A stretch of DNA of 63,968 nt, filler included, from Octopus bimaculoides (lineage: Eukaryota): NCBI RefSeq assembly GCF_001194135.2. It is 8 parts of 8 records of this genome, joined end to end, with 100 filler letters (N's around TTAATTAATTAA, not from the genome) between each part and the next. Parts side by side here need not be neighbours in the genome. Positions count along the whole stretch, not along the records: positions 19,176 to 33,131 come from NC_069005.1; positions 33,232 to 41,482 come from NC_069007.1; 6 more parts are not named here. The stretch is one strand, 5' to 3'. Positions 24,355-37,350 of this stretch are shown piece after piece. The notes below the pieces were generated by a model. That model was not told the DNA's origin, ran no database searches, and was given only the letters and a program-made list of their open reading frames with translations. The position numbers and the translations under genes are program-made. Position 1 is the first letter of the stretch. Each line of letters opens with the position of its first letter.

Positions 24355-25088
24355 CATACCCATATATAGATATACATACATACATATATACACACCTTTA
24401 TATACATATGTATATAATAATAATATTAGGAAATAAAATCCAAAACTTACAGGGAAAAATTCAATTTAGCAAAACTAAATCATATTTCCCAATATAAAAT
24501 ATATGTAAATAATTTAGAGAAAAACCACTATTAAACAATTCAATAATGAAGAATGTAATTCATACCCTCTAGAAAATAAATATATCATAAAAACCTTATT
24601 CTAAATATCAATAAATTACATAAAAGAATAACTAGTAAATGGTTTTAAAATGACTACACACATTTCGTGGCTATATTTTCAAATAGATAACTAATAAAAC
24701 CAATGCGATTAAGAATCCAATCTGTCTACAATTAAGTCTATTCAAAAATATAGTCCCTTGTCAGGTCTAAAATAAAATATAAATAATAACAATAATAATA
24801 AAAAATCAATATACATATTGTAATTTATAATAAATATCAACAAAATGTATTTAAAAAATACTTGTTTTAACAATAAATAAATAAATAATCGCAAAACATT
24901 TAACAATATTTCTTAAAATAGAATTATAACTTATCTTATCAAAGAAATGCTTTTAAACTAAAATTTTAAGCGTAATACGTAGCATTTGTAAGAAATATAT
25001 TGCATGAAAATACAGCGTAAATAAAAAATTATGGAATAATGAGATAGAAATTTATATTAAAACCGTTAAGACATAGGTATGTATACAT

Positions 25089-25123
<35 letters not shown>

Positions 25124-25152
25124 TATATACATACATACATACATATATACAT

Positions 25153-25188
<36 letters not shown>

Positions 25189-25559
25189 TTAGGGAAAAGA
25201 ACCAAGGTTCATGAACTCATCGATGAAAATCCACTGTCACATATAGTAAAATTAATAATTAAAAGCACAATAAATAAGTATACTATAAAACAAAGTAAAT
25301 ATCATAAGATGAAGATATTAAAACGACTACACATGTTTCATAACCAATTTTCAAATAGAAAGAATATTTAAATCGATGAATACATCAATGTTTTTATCTG
25401 CCTCCACTGGAACATATGCAGATAAAAAACCCAGCTGAATTCTTTATTTACACACATATACACATACCTATTTACACACGTATATACATACATATATATT
25501 TACACATGTATATGCGTACATATATATTTACACATGTATATGCATACATATATATATAT

Positions 25560-25860
25560 ATTTATGACTTTCGAGCGAGATCGTTGCCAGTGCCCCTGGA
25601 CTGGCTCTTGTGCGGGTGGCACATAAAATACACCATTTTGAGCGTGGCCGTTGCCAGTACCGCCTGACTGGCCTTCGTGCCGGTGGCACGTAAAAAGCAC
25701 CCACTACACTCTCTGAGTGGTTGGCGTTAGGAAGGGCATCCAGCTGTAGAAACTCTGCCAGATCAGACTGGAGCCTGGCGTAGCCATCTGGTTTCACCAG
25801 TCCTCAGTCAAATCGTCCAACCCATGCTAGCATGGAAAGCGGACGTTAAATGACGGTGAT
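25560..25860 (+). mobile_element. RTE-LINE 3' tail / RTE-tailed SINE
   Basis: Same tail as 19176-19385 with extra 5' sequence. Confidence 0.85.
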
Positions 25861-27499
25861 GTATGTATATATTTACATACACACATACATATATATCCAA
25901 GAATACAGAGTCTCAATTGTAATGAATAAAGCAAACAAATAATTCACACACATCCACATCCTCTAGCTCTTGGCCAGATTCAGACTAGACACTCCCATTC
26001 TCACTGTCCATGTTTTACCTTGCACATGTTCAGGCTGTGGACCATCCAAGTCAATCTAACCTATACATAACAAGTAAAAGCCTGCATATGTCATACCCAC
26101 CGTCCCTGTCTTTTCCTGATTAAATTATTTACAAAAAAAAAAAAAAAAAAAAAAAAGAACAGAAAAATGCAATGTTTATGTATCACATAAGTGTCTCGTA
26201 AAATATGCACTGCATTCTATCAACAAACTATGTTATTTACAGCAGTTTCGTTCACACCAAACAACTTCATACAACTAGAAAAGAAACCATATAGATTTCA
26301 TACACACACTTGAATGAATAGATTATACACACACACACGCCAATACAGAACATCTTAATTCATATGAAAACTAAGGTAATCTATTCTGAAGTATTCCATG
26401 AAATATTCAACAGTTTCAGATATGTAACAAAAATGAATCGACATTGAAAAAGCAAGTTATTCTCTACAAAACAAAGTAAACAGCTTATTCATTTCTGGAC
26501 TCAGCCAAATGATTTAAGAAGTATCCTGGCTTATTACTTATAATAGGAACTAATAAGAGGACTTATCTGAGATGATGAATCAGTTGTTAAAGGAGATTGG
26601 CTTGAAAACATCTTGCCTTAATCTCTTAATAGTTCAACCAGCCATTTCCAGCCTCTCACACCTACCCCACAATGTCATTCTAAAAATAAGCAGTCACACC
26701 ATTGAAATCTCAAGGTTACAAGATAATGCAACATTAGTTCAAAACAATGTGAATAAGCATTATATTTCACGGAATAATGTGAATGCTAAAGGGTTAGGAG
26801 GACAATTGAAGGCCTTTAACGCGCTCCATAAGCAGAGTAATAAATTTATATACCATATTCACAAAGAAAAAAGGGGTTTATATGTAATGTTAACCGTTTA
26901 GCATAAAGGTTACTCCATCAAATATAATGCTTATATATTCACATTGTTTTGAATTAATCAAGCATTATTCTGAAAAACTTGTTATTGATGTAAAATACCT
27001 TGAAGTGAAATTCATTTTCCATTGACATAAATAAAGTACATTCTGACATTTTTTTTGAACAAACAGTACACAATCAAATTCATGCATGAAAAACTTCTAA
27101 AAATATACAGTACAGTATGTATACATAAAACATATGAAGAGATATACACAAGGGAGTAAATAAAAAAATTGTAATGTAATGGGAAACGTTCTTGCCACAA
27201 AAGGTGCTGACTATAGTATGAGGGGTGGTGGAGAAGGTAATGAGAGTTAGAGGGAGGATGAAGGACAATACCTTCTTTCTTAGAGTTTACCATTATTAAC
27301 ATCTGCTTGAGGGGTGAAGAACTTATGCAAAATTGTTTGACATTTATGACACATCATCAATTTGGTGCAATTAGGTGTAGGAAGTGAGCTCAAAGTAAAC
27401 ATCTTTTTGACATTTTTGCTACGCTCATTATTCGAGTTGTTATCAGCAAATACTTGCAGACTTTCTTATAAGTATCATCCTGTTAGCAATATTCTTTGC

Positions 27500-27962
27500 A
27501 GTTAAGGTGGTGAGCCGTAAGAATTGTTAGCATGCCGGTCAAAATGCTTAGTGGCATTTTGTCCCATCTTCCCGTTCTGAGTTCAAATTCCACCAAGGTA
27601 AACTTTGCCTTTCATCCCCTTCGGGATTGATAAAATAAGTACCAATAGCACACATGGTTCGATGTAATCAACTTTAACCCCCTCCCCCCATGAAATTGCT
27701 GGCCTTGTGCCAAAATTTGAAATCGATATTTTTTGCAGTTAAGGTGGCAAGCTGGAAGAATCATTAGAATTTCTGGTCAAAATGCTTAATGGCATTTTGT
27801 CCAGCTTCCCTTTCAGAGTTCAAATTCCACTGAAACCGACTTTGCCTTTCATCCCTTTTGGGGGTCGATAAAATACATCAGTTGAATACTGAGGTCAATT
27901 TAACTGACTTGCCCCTCCCACCCATGAAATTGCTGGCCCTGTGCCAAAATCTGAAACCAATA
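27500..27962 (+). mobile_element. Two tandem SINE family D copies
   Basis: Both begin GCAGTTAAGGTGG and end GGCC(T/C)TGTGCCAAAAT(T/C)TGAAA. Confidence 0.85.
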
Positions 27963-29094
27963 TTCTCTGCAGCAGAGTTGGTAGAATTTCTATATATGAC
28001 TCCCTATCAACTGCTTTCGTAAATTGTTAGAATAAATAATAAGCTTTCATTTCCTCAATAAAATCTTGATGTATTAGATGGAACAAAGAAGTTGTATTCT
28101 TCAAAGGAATAAATCCTAGGGTCGATTTGTTCGACTAAATGCGGTGCTTCAGCATGTCAAATGACAAACAAGTAAAAAAAAAAAATAATAATAAAAAGTG
28201 GGGGCGGGGATTGAATTTTCGAAATGTTCTTATGGCAAAATCCCTCTGTCGAAATATGAAAGAAAAAAAAAAAAAGTGAGGTTAACTATGGCACTACAAA
28301 TTTGAGAGAGAGAAAGAGAAAGTGTGTGTGTGTGTTTGTTGGATTTTCTCGTCGACCACTTCATAGACACATTTCAGTCTTTAAAAAAGACCAAGCTTTG
28401 TCTCCACATCGCTGATGAAGTCTCGTGTGGCTCCTAAGGCCTACATGAGAGCTGCAAGTCCTTCCACACCGACCACAAGTCAAGCCTACTAATAACAGCT
28501 CGAGCATCTGGATATTGGAACCCACAATGCAGAGCCCACTGGCTCACACATACTGCTACACAAGGACGAGCTATTAACTGGAAACAAAAAATGATATATT
28601 AGCGACTATATCAGACACTGCACTACAAAACCCAACAACAGGTGGATTTGTTCAGAGTGACAAATAAGCGGAGATAATAAATACACACACACATACAAAC
28701 AGAAAGACTTAGTGGTGTATGAAGACCCAGCGAAAGCATTCATTTCTCCTGCTAAAAATAACAGCTAAAATTCCTCAAATTATACATTCGTCTTACACGC
28801 ACTTATATACTGATGGGATAGTCAAACATTGACTGATTAACCGATTAAGTTAAACAATCAATTAGTTGGTTGAGTAACTAACCAACTGACGAATAAAGTG
28901 AAATTGAACCAGTGTGTATGTTTATTAGACTAATGACCGCTCCCTCCTCAGAGATACAAAAAACAAAAAAATCCGTTTCTATACGAGTTCACATCAAGAA
29001 TCTTGCAAGCTAAATACAAAAACGATAGGATAGACACACATGTAGACAGACACGTACGTAGGTAGACAGACATGTATGTAGGTAGACAGACACC

Positions 29095-29098
29095 TATG

Positions 29099-29153
<55 letters not shown>

Positions 29154-29195
29154 GTAGGTAGGTAGATAGAAAGATAGATAGATAGATAGATAGAT
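29095..29195. repeat. (GATA)n microsatellite
   Basis: Direct reading. Confidence 0.95.
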
Positions 29196-29721
29196 ATGAG
29201 TGGACAAAGGGAAGAAAAAGGCACTCAACATTTTTGGTATGAGTTCATCCTACGAAGCCCTCCAAAAGCCTGTAGAACGGAGTCAAACTGTGTGTGTGTT
29301 AAACCAGTATTTAGAAGCCCATGTTACGAAACAAATTCCAATGAAGAACCCCCCACACACACATTCCCCCATTTCACCACTTCATTCTCCTCAAGTATTT
29401 TCTCTCGTGTACATACTTGGGCGGGGGGGTGGAGGATTTCACCCACACTACCGTGGTGATTGAGTCAGAAGCCTTACAATAAACAGGCTGACCCAATAAT
29501 GCATTGAAAATTAAAAACTGGATAAACTATGGAAACCCGTTTAGATGGATACTATCTGTACTTTTTTTTTTTTTAAAAAGTACATCGACCTGAGAATTAC
29601 GTTAAGGGTGCACGTGACTAGCGGTGGAGTGTTCAGCCACTTGCATGTTGAATAAACGAACAAGTTGCTCAATTATAGAGCTGAAGCATACCCCACCTCT
29701 CTCTATCTCTCATACACACAC

Positions 29722-29747
<26 letters not shown>

Positions 29748-29755
<8 letters not shown>

Positions 29756-29932
29756 TCTGTGGTAAGTTGTCTCGGGCCGATGTGGGTTCGAGTCCCACGC
29801 GGATGGGAAAGCCTACTTCTTTTCTGTCGAGGGCCGCCTATATGCCCCATTATTAGACCATTTTCCTTAGACATTTCACAATGATCGCTATAAGCTTTAG
29901 GCTTATATAAATACCATTATTATTATTATTTA
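29748..29932 (+). mobile_element. tRNA-headed SINE with L2/CR1-like (ATT)n tail
   Basis: TGGCTCTGTGGTAAG A box, GGTTCGAGTCCC B box, tail CTTATATAAATACCATTATTATTATT. Confidence 0.55.
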
Positions 29933-30034
29933 CAGGATTGTAAAACTCGGAACCGTAACGTAGCGGTTCGGCAATAGACACTGATAGAATAAGTACTAGG
30001 CTTACGAAGCATAAGTCGCGGGATCGACTTATTT

Positions 30035-30200
30035 GTCATCTGACTGCGGCCATGCTGGAGCACCGCCTTTAGTCGAACAAGTCGATCCCACGACTTATTC
30101 TTTGTAAGCCTAGTACTTATTCTATCGGTCTCCTTTGTCGAACCGCTACGTTACGGGGGACGTAAACACACCAAAATCGGTTGTCAAGCGATGAAGGGGG
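30035..30200 (-). mobile_element. SINE family A 3' half
   Basis: Reverse complement of B segment. Confidence 0.8.
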
Positions 30201-30547
30201 AGGGGGCAATATATAAATACACATACAGGTAAGTCATTATTATATGCTGTATATAACTAAAATAAATTTTGAGGACGTACAAGTCTCCATCATATATATG
30301 TATGTATATATATATATATATATATATACACACTATACATATATACACACATACACCATGTGTATATATACACACTATATATATATACATACATTATACG
30401 TATACACACACACACATTGGTAATTACATACCCATACCGACATACGCACACAGCTATATCCATTATGTGTGTGGGTAGACACGTTTGGTAAATATGACCT
30501 ATGGGTTTCCAAAAGGAATAATAATAAATACACGAGAAGGTTTAAAC

Positions 30548-31230
30548 CAGAAGTTCTTAACATGGACGGTACAGGTCCCAAGGGAGCAATGAAGTAACAT
30601 AAACGTACTAAATTTCACCTATTGTAGTAATTATAGTATACATCATAAAACTAGTAACGGTTACTAAAATAAAAAAGATCTCATTAGGTACAGCGAAGTC
30701 ATTAACTTGCTTTGTATAAAGTAGTTTTACAACTTGTTTTTTTTTTTATTAATCATTTCACTGTTAAAAGATTATACAGTCTATTTTGGAGTAAAATTTT
30801 TTAATTAGCATCCATGTTAAGTGACTTTGGTCGTGATACCTCACCCGCTACTTACGTGGGTGCTAAGCATAACAGCTACCTAAAAGGCAGGCGCTACAAA
30901 AAAAAAAAACGTTAAGGATTCACTAAGTTTAAACGTACGAAGTAAATTCACTCGTGGTTCATATAAGATTTTGCCGGGGTCCACACAAGCAAAATAGTAA
31001 ATAGGGCCCCACATCAGTATTTTACGGGTTCCATGAAAAAGTTTGGCTTCAGATGTAATTAATGCGAGTAACAGGTTGCTTTCTCTTGTGTTTTATATAG
31101 TTCAGCCTACACAAGTGACTGTGTGATAAGCAAAATAGGAATTTTGAAAGATATCTAGGGGGAAGGGGGCACCAGATTGAAATACTAATCATAGGGGTCC
31201 ATAGTTTTAAAAAATGGTTGACATCCACTG
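30548..31230. mobile_element. Degenerate hAT-like non-autonomous element
   Basis: Ends CAGAAGTTCTTAAC / GTTGACATCCACTG resemble CAGTGGTTCTCAAC hAT TIRs; no clear 8-bp TSD. Confidence 0.4.
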
Positions 31231-32269
31231 TACTTTAGGGATGGCACCCCTTGTAATATTCTCAATTAACGACTATACAAAACATTTAATGTAAATTATA
31301 TAAGACATCAAAAGCGACAATCTGGGAGAGAAAAATGACTGATATGACAGGTGCTGGTGAGGCAATTTCAACAACGAGAACCGATTTAACTTTGTTCGAC
31401 TCATGACTAGACATCCTGTCTATTCTATCAATGTTTATTTAAACATAAATACATTTTGAAAATGTCCCACTTTAACACGGCACATCAGACGGCGTCATTG
31501 CAGATAACAAAAGAAAAAAAGATAACCTAGTTTGTAGTATTAACCTTTGTGTGGAAAATGTATACATATCAAAACGATTGTGGTAAACTTGGACGAGGAC
31601 AACTTATGAGGAATAAAAGCCAGTGAACAGAAAATACAGGTTATCGATTAGACCCAATTTGAACATTGACCGAGATGGGATGTGATCCAACGGTGAGCAA
31701 TACTGAGTACATCTATGACGATATTGCATCGCATATCCTTCCTGTTCAATACGGTAGTGAAGTGGTTCTCAACCAGGAGCCATATAAAAATACAACAGAT
31801 ATATTAAGCATGTATACACACATATATGTACATACTTGCATCTTCATGTGTATATAGATGCATATTCGGGTACAGGACGTTAGAAAAATTAACTACAGAC
31901 AACGGAACGAACACATAGGAAAACAAATAGCCGCTTGTGGAATTATTCCTTCATCAGCTGCCTCTATTCTAAACTAGGCGTTTCGAAGATAAGGTAGGAC
32001 ATTTGGTTGGAGTTTAACCCCACAAAAGATAGAAAGCTGGGGGAATGGGTAGAGACAGTAGTATTTTAGGAGTCCATGAATAAAAATTTTGCTTTCAAAG
32101 AAAATATCGTAAGACAAATTTTTAAAATACAAATAAAAGTTAGCCAAAGCGATTAGAAGAAATAAAAAATTCCCTGGGGAATTCCCAGAGGAAATGATAC
32201 AGGAGAAAAACAAAGACAACGATAGCCAGAATCAGTGAAGTGTAAATAGGTATTGCATACACACATATT

Positions 32270-32560
32270 TATATGTGGCACCTTGGACAAGTGTCTGCTA
32301 CTATAGCCTCGGGCCGACCAAAGCCTTGTGAGTGGATCTGGTAGACAGTAACTGAAAGAAGCCGTCGTGTGTGTGTACCTGTTCTCTAGTATTACAAGAC
32401 AATAGGTGTTGCTTTGTTTACGACCTTGTAACTTAGCGGTTCGGCAAAAGGAGTCCGACAGAATAAGTACCATGCTTCAAAAACAAAAAAAACACCAAAG
32501 TCGATTGGTTTGACTAAAAATTCTTCAAATCTAATGACTGAAACAAAATAAAAAAATATA
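32270..32560 (+). mobile_element. SINE family A partial (A + B)
   Basis: Consensus segments. Confidence 0.75.
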
Positions 32561-33230
32561 GGTCTACCAGTTATCTTCCCCGGGGAACTTAGGCTAGCAT
32601 TGGGGGAGGGTGTCCAAAGGGGCCCATAAATAAAGAACTACTATGGTAGAGCTTGATAAGAGAGATTTCACTAGCTGGTCAAATGACCACGTAGACACAT
32701 TTTTTGTAAATATACAATGACCAAATATACCTCTAATTAAATATTTCAACTGTGATCCACTCAGTCTTGAATTGAGAAATATTGTAGTCAGAACCAAATT
32801 ATTCGATGGTTCCAGACAGTGTAATTTGAAGCAAATTCGACTGCTATTTCTAGAAAGCCAAGTGACAACATATAGACTCCGTCCTATATTGTTCAGTGTC
32901 AACAAAGACAAAATTATCCATACAATGGCCATGACAATATTTACTAAACAAATCGTATCAAAATGCAAGAATTAAAAACAATTCTTGTTTCAAAAAGGTT
33001 TTGCATACGCGCAGACATGTTTTAATACTGAAATTACAAAAGGTGGTCAGAGTTTCGCGTAGTTGTGTGATCAACGAGGAATCACTAAACTTGTGGTAGA
33101 AAGTTCGGCGTGAAATATATATATATATATANNNNNNNNNNNNNNNNNNNNNNNNNNNNNNNNNNNNNNNNNNNNTTAATTAATTAANNNNNNNNNNNNN
33201 NNNNNNNNNNNNNNNNNNNNNNNNNNNNNN

Positions 33231-33530
33231 NGCACAGCTCTCACTAGCCATTCTTCTATCCCAAGTTTCCTCATTGACCACCAGATAAGGGATCGGGGGA
33301 CCCTGTCAAAGGCTTTCTCCATGTCAACGAAAGCCAGGTACAGAGGTTTATCCTTGGCTAGGTATTTCTCTTGCAACTGTCTCACTAGAAATAAGGCATC
33401 AGTAGTGCTTTTACCTGGCACGAACCCAAACTGCATCTCATCTAAATTGATTCGCTCCCTAATTAGTTGGGCTATGACCCTCTCTGTAACTTTCATAACC
33501 TGATCTAACAGCTTGATGCCTCTGTGTGTG
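33231..33530 (-). mobile_element. RTE-clade LINE RT fragment
   Basis: RGIKLLDQVMKVTERVIAQLIRERINLDEMQFGFVPGKSTTDALFLVRQLQEKYLAKDKPLYLAFVDMEKAFDRVPR. Confidence 0.92.
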
Positions 33531-33574
33531 TGTAAGTCACCCATACTGCCCACATGTGATAATTCCTCGTAAAG

Positions 33575-33990
33575 GTGTTACCGTGTGGTAGGAAGCTTGC
33601 TTCCCAACCACATGATTCCGGGTTCAGTTCCACTGCATGGTGCGTTAAGCGAGTGTCTTCTACTATAGCCTCAGGCCAACCAAAGCCTTGTAAGTGGATT
33701 TGGTAGATGGAAACTGAAAGAAGCCCATCGTGTGTATGTGTGTATATATATATATACATACACATACATACTCACATGCGTGTGTGTATGCCTATGTGTG
33801 ACTGTATCTTTATGTGTGTTTGTCCCCTACCACCACTTGACAACTAGTGTTGATGTTTACATCTCTGTGTCTTAGTGGTTCGATAGAATAAGTATTAGAC
33901 TTTAACAGAAAGTCCTGGGGTCGATTTGTTCGAGTAAAACCCTCCAAGGAGGTGCCCCAGCATGGCTGCAGTCAAATGACTGAAACAAAT
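33575..33990 (+). mobile_element. SINE family A, full length with internal microsatellite
   Basis: A half, (TA/TG)n, B half. Confidence 0.85.
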
Positions 33991-35004
33991 AGAAGATGGG
34001 ATGGGAGATGATGTAACCCTGGGCCTTCTGCTTGAAATAAGAATCCCTCCCCCTCCCCAACCACTTGTCCAAATACACCTGCTCCCTCTACAGCTCTGCA
34101 AACCACCACCAACTTCTCCCTGTCGTTAGGAGAATAGGGATGTCTTCTCACTTCACCCCCCCCCTGCCCTTGTCAACTTAATGACTCTTATAAAAGAAGA
34201 AGACATAGAATAATGTAGTCTCAGATGCACTAACACCAGGATAACCATAGCATGAAATGCAGTTGATCCTAGGTTTCGGTGAGACATCCACGGGGTAAAA
34301 TGCACTTCCTCAGGTGATTGGTGAAATAAGCATTTCCACTATATGATGACATCAGATAGCCAATCTGATGAGCTTTGTATAGCATTTTACAAGAAAAACC
34401 AACTGTCTGTTATGAGAAACTATGAACTAGTAACAAGCTTTTGCTAATTGTTTCAGTTGCCTGCCCCAGGTAGACATAGACACCCTCTTGGGTTTCTCAC
34501 CCTCAACTCAGAACCTCCAGTAGGTTTCACATAGAGAGAGGGAGAGAGCTGCACCAGTACCTGGCTGGTACTCATTACTATCTGAGTAGGCTGGAGGTAT
34601 GTGAAATGGAGTGTCTTGCTTAAGAATACAATGCACTGTCCACTCCACTTCCAGTCCAGTGCAGGAATTAAAACCATGCCCTTATGTTCTTGGTTCAAAC
34701 ACCCTTACCAACCACCAGGCCACATGCCAACACTCAAACGTTAACAATTTTTTATATGCAAACAATTACAATCTTTTGAATTATATATTTTTTTTCATTG
34801 TTCAAAAGTTTCTTTGTAGAGCATTGTTTTTAAAAATATCCTTTTCAACAATTTCTGCAAAGTTTTTTACCAAAAGACACATTTCAAATACGTCTAAATA
34901 CTCCATGCAAAAAAATTTTCCCATCAAACCTTTTACACAAAATCCCTGTTGATAAACTCCCAATAAAATCCTCTTCAAAACATTTCCCATTTCGATCGCA
35001 GTCA

Positions 35005-35131
35005 CTATCTGTTTTCGCTCAAAATAAGATGTCTCTCATCATGGCTACCGATACCATCCAAGTCAATTGTTCTAGGTTTTTCTCCCATCACTCCATTTAA
35101 AGTCAGCACACAGTGGTGAAGCCCAGTTTTT
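35005..35131 (-). CDS. DLEC1: DLEC1/CFAP81-like, last coding exon
   Basis: Acceptor TTTTTGTTTTTTCAG; (R)KTGLHHCVLTLNGVMGEKPRTIDLDGIGSHDERHLILSENR*, matching my recollection of the DLEC1 C-terminus (GVLGEK...G.GSYDERY); phase 2 joins the 36036 exon. Confidence 0.85.
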
Positions 35132-35269
35132 CTGAAAAAACAAAAAGCAAAAAAAAAAAAACCCAGAAATATATCAGGTTAATGGTAAAGAGAACAGCTG
35201 AAAGAACGGTGTTAATGTATTTCAAGGATTTTACATAACTTATATTTGACGGATATTTGTGTGTATATA

Positions 35270-35670
35270 TATATATATATACGATGTATGTATGTATGTC
35301 TTTGTGTCTGTTTGCTCCCCTCCACCCGCTAGTGTAGCTAGAGTGTGTGCCCCTCAGGGCGGTCCTTCTGTTTGCTGCCCCAGACTCCACAAAAGCATAT
35401 TGCCTGCAGCAGACCCAATAGTGCTGCCTGGGGGCGAACTGCCCCCTACCACCCCTAGCTACGCTAGTGCCTCCACCATTGCTTGTTAACTGATATTGGT
35501 GTGTTTGTGTCCCCATAACTTAACAATTCGGCAAATGAAACAAATAAAATAAATACTAGGCTTACAAAGAATAAGTCCTGGGGTTGATGTATTCAACTAA
35601 AACCCCTTAAAGTGGTGCTCCAGCATGGCCGCAGTCAAATGACTGAAACAAGTAAAAGAATAAAAGAACA
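35270..35670 (+). mobile_element. SINE family A 3' half in DLEC1 intron
   Basis: B segment at 35500-35670 preceded by (TA/TG)n. Confidence 0.7.
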
Positions 35671-35856
35671 TCTCTAGTTGAGATGGAGTAAAATCAAGAC
35701 AACCATCCATGTATCACACTTAATGTTTGTACACCATTATGGACTTGTGCTGCATTAAAAACCTGATAAATATTGGAGGGAGAAGAAAATCCAGCTGGTG
35801 AAAACATGCTTAATGCATCTTGGCCATTTTGGGCCTTTTTGATGGTACATACTCAC

Positions 35857-35979
35857 AAACAGCCACATGCTTGGAGGAGAATTTCTCATCACTGATATAG
35901 GATTTATGTATATATCGCATTGGTAGGCCAGTTGCTACAGTATTGGTCCCGAGATAACGTCTTTCATGGATGTGCTATG
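35857..35979 (-). other. Candidate cassette (poison) exon within DLEC1 last intron
   Basis: 123 nt between CTTATTGTTTTTAG and GTGAGT; in the DLEC1 frame it reads RIAHP*. Confidence 0.3.
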
Positions 35980-36035
35980 CTAAAAACAATAAGTGAAGTG
36001 TTGTGCTTTGATGTTTTCTTTGGCCCAGTACTTAC

Positions 36036-36159
36036 CGTGGTTTGAAGGTCACAGTGACTATTGCCTTGTATTTGTTAGTATTACAGGTGTAACTTTCTAG
36101 CTGGATCTTGGTCGGCTGCACCAGAAATACATCGGAATCACAGCAGGAGCACATAATCT
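36036..36159 (-). CDS. DLEC1: DLEC1/CFAP81-like, penultimate exon
   Basis: TTCCATTCTACTTGCAG acceptor, GTAAGT donor, 124 nt, phase 1 to 2; (E)IMCSCCDSDVFLVQPTKIQLESYTCNTNKYKAIVTVTFKP(R). Confidence 0.85.
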
Positions 36160-36639
36160 CTGCAAGTAGAATGGAAATATATTACCAATCTTCACTTGGG
36201 TCCTCAACTCCCAATGAAATGCAAGGGGTCCTGTTGTAATATATGTAATAATACCTTGGGCATTTGAAGCCTAACAGAGTCGATCTCTTCTCTAAAATGT
36301 GACTATAGTCAATTTGTTTCAGGAAGAGAGAGAGAAGAATCCCTGGAAGGTTAAAAGGTAAAATTGACTTTGGTGAGATTTGAACTGAGAATGTATAGAA
36401 CTGGAAAGCCAGTTCCACCAATCCATAATCCTAGATTGGAACTTTATTGACACCGAAAGAATCAAAGGCAAAGATTGCCCTTGGTGCCTCAGAAACAATA
36501 ATAAAAAAGTAAAGAAAGAAAATCTACCACCCAGTCTTGTCATGCAGAATATACTGCAAATGACCAGAGGTTGTGGCCATGCTGGGGCACATAACATTTT
36601 AATAAGTATGAAAATGGTCAGTGTTTCTTTCAAACATTA

Positions 36640-36950
36640 TGTGCTGGTGGCATGTAAAAAGCATGCTTCAAACATTGGGCCTCAGGGAGGCAATGATAAC
36701 TGACCGAAACGTTTGGTGCCATGCTTTAGAAGACTTGTCAAGCCAAGTGAAATTGTAGTCATGGCTGATGCCAGTGTCACGTAACTGATATCCATGCTAG
36801 TGGCATGTAAAAGCCACCCACTACACTCTTGGAGTGGTTGGCGTTAGGAAGGGCGTCCAGCTGTCGAAACCATGCCAAATCGGATTGGAACCTTGTGCAG
36901 CTCTCCAGCTTGCCAACCCATGCCAGCATGGAAAGCAGACACTAAATGAT
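36640..36950 (+). mobile_element. RTE-LINE 3' tail
   Basis: Same tail family as 19176. Confidence 0.8.
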
Positions 36951-37029
36951 TACAGATATACTTATAAATAAATAGAACTAATGATTCATTAGTTTTTTCA
37001 TCATGAATATGGTTCTGTGGGTTCTGTGA

Positions 37030-37350
37030 AGGCGCATGGCTCAGTGGTTAGAGCGTCGAGCTTACAACCGTGAAGTTGTGAGTTCGAATCCCGGACCAGG
37101 CTGCATGTTGTGTTCTTGAGCAAGACACTTTATTTCATGTTGCTCCAGTTCACTCAGCTGTAGAAATGAGTTGCGACGTCACTAGTGCCAAGCTGTATCG
37201 GCCTTTGCTTTACCCTTGGATAACACTGTTGGTGTGGAGAGGGCAGGCTGGTATGCATGGGCGACTGTCGGTCTTCCATAAACAACCTTGCCCAGACTTG
37301 TGCCTGAGAAGGTAATTTTCTGGGTGCAATCCCATGGTCAGTCATGACCG
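37030..37350 (+). mobile_element. CORE-like tRNA-derived SINE, near full length
   Basis: GGCGCATGGCTCAGTGGTTAG A box, GTTCGAATCC B box, GTGTTCTTGAGCAAGACACTT core. Confidence 0.85.

Noticed and set aside
24651-25358. Two TTGAAAA...GAAA(C)ATGTGTAGTC motifs (minus) in AT-rich repeats, possible hammerhead relics
   Set aside because: Core and stem II too degenerate to support
28412-28460. CTGATGA-AG followed by a 7-bp stem (TCTCGTG/CATGAGA)
   Set aside because: GAAA replaced by GCTGCAA; no stem III or stem I
34340-34400. ATGATGA...CTGATGA, possible C/D snoRNA or hammerhead
   Set aside because: No terminal D box at the right distance and no GAAA after the stem
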